Assembly: GCA_013239625.1 (NCBI GenBank)
Contig: MU054001.1
Location: 1,057,884-1,121,883, forward strand
Source of the DNA: Lama guanicoe
Taxonomy: Eukaryota
Direction of reading: 5' to 3'
DNA length: 64,000 nt
Shown: positions 61,947 to 64,000 of the stretch, one piece after another
How the letters are laid out: each line of letters opens with the position of its first letter
Numbering within the stretch: position 1 is the stretch's first letter
The notes under the pieces: model-generated
What the model saw: only the letters and a program-made list of their open reading frames with translations
Database searches by the model: none
What the model was told of the DNA's origin: nothing
Translations under genes and position numbers: made by a program

Positions 61947-64000
61947 TTGTATCATCCCCATTTCACTGATGAGTAAATGGAGGTACAGAGAGGGGAAGTC
62001 CCTTCCTCAAAGTCCCAAGGTGATGGAGCCAGGATTCCAACCTGGGCAGTATGTGGTAGGAGACCCTGCTCTGAATCACTCCACTCGCCAGCTCCCACTG
62101 TAGACCATATTGCTATCGTTAACAGTCCTGCCCCTGGCCAGGCACTGGTAGGTTTTGCTTTGTAAGGGGGATGTGTGGTCTGACAGATTAAAGAAGAGCT
62201 GCCAGGAGCCTGACCCAACATAGGGCCAGTGGCCCAAGAAAGGAACTTCCTGATGCCTCCTCTAGGCAGCCCAAAGGATCTGTGGCCTCAGCTGGCTTTT
62301 TGACTAAAGACACAAGTAGTTTCAAGCCCCTGGAGCTGCAAGCTAATGGTGGGAGTGGACACATCCACAGTTCATTATTGGTGGTGGATCACTCAGAGCA
62401 GGGGGACTGTGGGGGAACACGGACCACATGCACTCTTTGAGGACAGTGTCCTCTGTAAACAAAGTCCCAGCATTTATGGGTGAGGGACACCAAAGCAATG
62501 TTCCTAACTTGAAATTTCCATCCAGCCAAAATCTACCAGCAACTTTCCTCCCATCCCAGAGGTTTCTAGACGGTGGGTAACTCCAGGCCGAGCCAAGGGC
62601 AAACCCCCAAACTACAGCCTTAAGAGTCCTTGGGTACCCACTGGGCCCAGATCCAAAGAGACACTGGGACCAGTACACTGGTCACTTTCAAATGCTCGCC
62701 CAGAATTGAATGATGAACCCAGGGACTGGACCAGGGCTGGAGCCATGGGGGCAAAAAGCTGAGGGCTAGATGCACTTTTTATTACTATTTTCAACTCGAC
62801 CAGCTTAGCAGTGGCAACCAGTAACCAAGCCCCTAGAAGGAAGCCCTGTACTCGGCCCCTGGGATGGACAAGAGCTGTGAGTGGCTGTCTTTCCATCCGG
62901 GCATAAGTTAGTGAGCACAGATCCTTCAGACATTCCTTCCCCGTCCCCAAGGGATATCGGGCCCAGGAACTCTTATCTGATGCATCGCAGCCTCTCACTC
63001 CCACTCTCCACTCTCACCATTTGATTTAATCATTAACACAAGGCCTCCGAAGGCAGGCCTGGTGGGCAGAGTCAAAAATGAAGGAAAACTGAAAATCCGC
63101 AGTTCTCCTTCTTTCTTCATTTTCTTCCCAGTTTTGGCAGGCAGAGGATGTGAGCAGGACTTCGGGCGTTAATATTTGAAGCGCTTTCCCTGGTAGCACC
63201 AGCTCCCCACGCCTCTGTCTTTTGTGCAAGTTTAATAAAAATAAATTTTGAATATCAATAAAGTACGTCCTATTTTTCTTGGCATGTCCCGGCCCCGCTC
63301 CATCCTTCTGTTGCAGAAGTCATGCTACAGACAGATCACTTTTCCACAGATCATTGATGTGGTGCCACGAGGGCTGCAGATGATTTGCTAAAATGCTCCA
63401 AAGGTATTCAAATTTCTTTAAAGAAGAAATTCAATTTATGTGCATTTATATTACAATGTCTGTCAGGAAGAAAGGTTATAATCACCAGCATATTTTAGAT
63501 TTACATTTTCTTCTGTACATGAGGTAATGGTATTAGAGGGAAACTCTGAAGCTGAGAGTTGAATTGGACGCATGGTCCTATTTTCATTGCTGCTAAAAGC
63601 AGGTTTTTGAAGTTCTTGAGGAAAGCATATGTTAGCATATGTTAGGGAAATAGCACGAACAGGCAGCTGGGTGGCTGGGAGTCTGAGACATTTGCCTTTC
63701 CTTCGGGCCTCTCCATGTGGGGCACAGACAGGCTATGCCTCCACCCTTCAGGAAGCCATTTGGGGTTTCAGCACCTGACAGAGAGTCCAGAACACAGAGT
63801 CCAGGCTAGATGGGTGTGTTCCAAGGGCACTGTCCTTCCTCACCCTGGGAGTGCTCAGACAGCCAATGTGAGGATCCAGGGAGGGCAGGAAGGAGTAAAC
63901 CACTAACTTACCCAGGAAGCAATCCTGGATATTCTAAAATTACTTCCAGTGCTTTCTCCTGGGGGGCTGGGGGGATGCATCCATCATAGGTGCCCAGGAA

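Noticed and set aside
1..64000. CRISPR arrays, operons or prokaryotic defence-type systems
   Set aside because: The sequence is mammalian (spliceosomal introns, LINE/SINE/MaLR repeats) and has no repeat-spacer array

Overview
Eutherian mammalian genomic DNA, probably a camelid (a Vic-type tRNA-derived SINE and cetartiodactyl-type L1 3' ends are present). It contains one protein-coding gene, IRX3 (Iroquois/TALE homeobox), on the + strand. Its four coding exons (21990-22256, 22425-23535, 23717-23783, 24216-24270) have GT-AG junctions with consistent phases and join to 1500 nt (499 aa plus stop). The gene lies in a CpG-rich block of about 10 kb (roughly 16.2-26.3 kb) where I recognise no transposons. 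The flanks are gene-desert DNA rich in ancient repeats (MIR, L2, L1M, MLT1, MER hAT elements, MADE2), interspersed with repeat-free AT-rich islands dense in homeodomain motifs that are candidate conserved enhancers. Notable items: a 3'-truncated, tailless 5S rRNA retrocopy with a target-site duplication overlapping its 3' end, inserted in an L2; a strong candidate conserved element about 3.6-4 kb upstream of the ATG; a PBX/MEIS-type motif recurring at three sites; and possible uORF, (GCC)n and Pumilio control of the mRNA. I find no evidence of a new multi-gene system. Repeat family names come from recalled consensus sequences, not a RepeatMasker run, and their boundaries are approximate.
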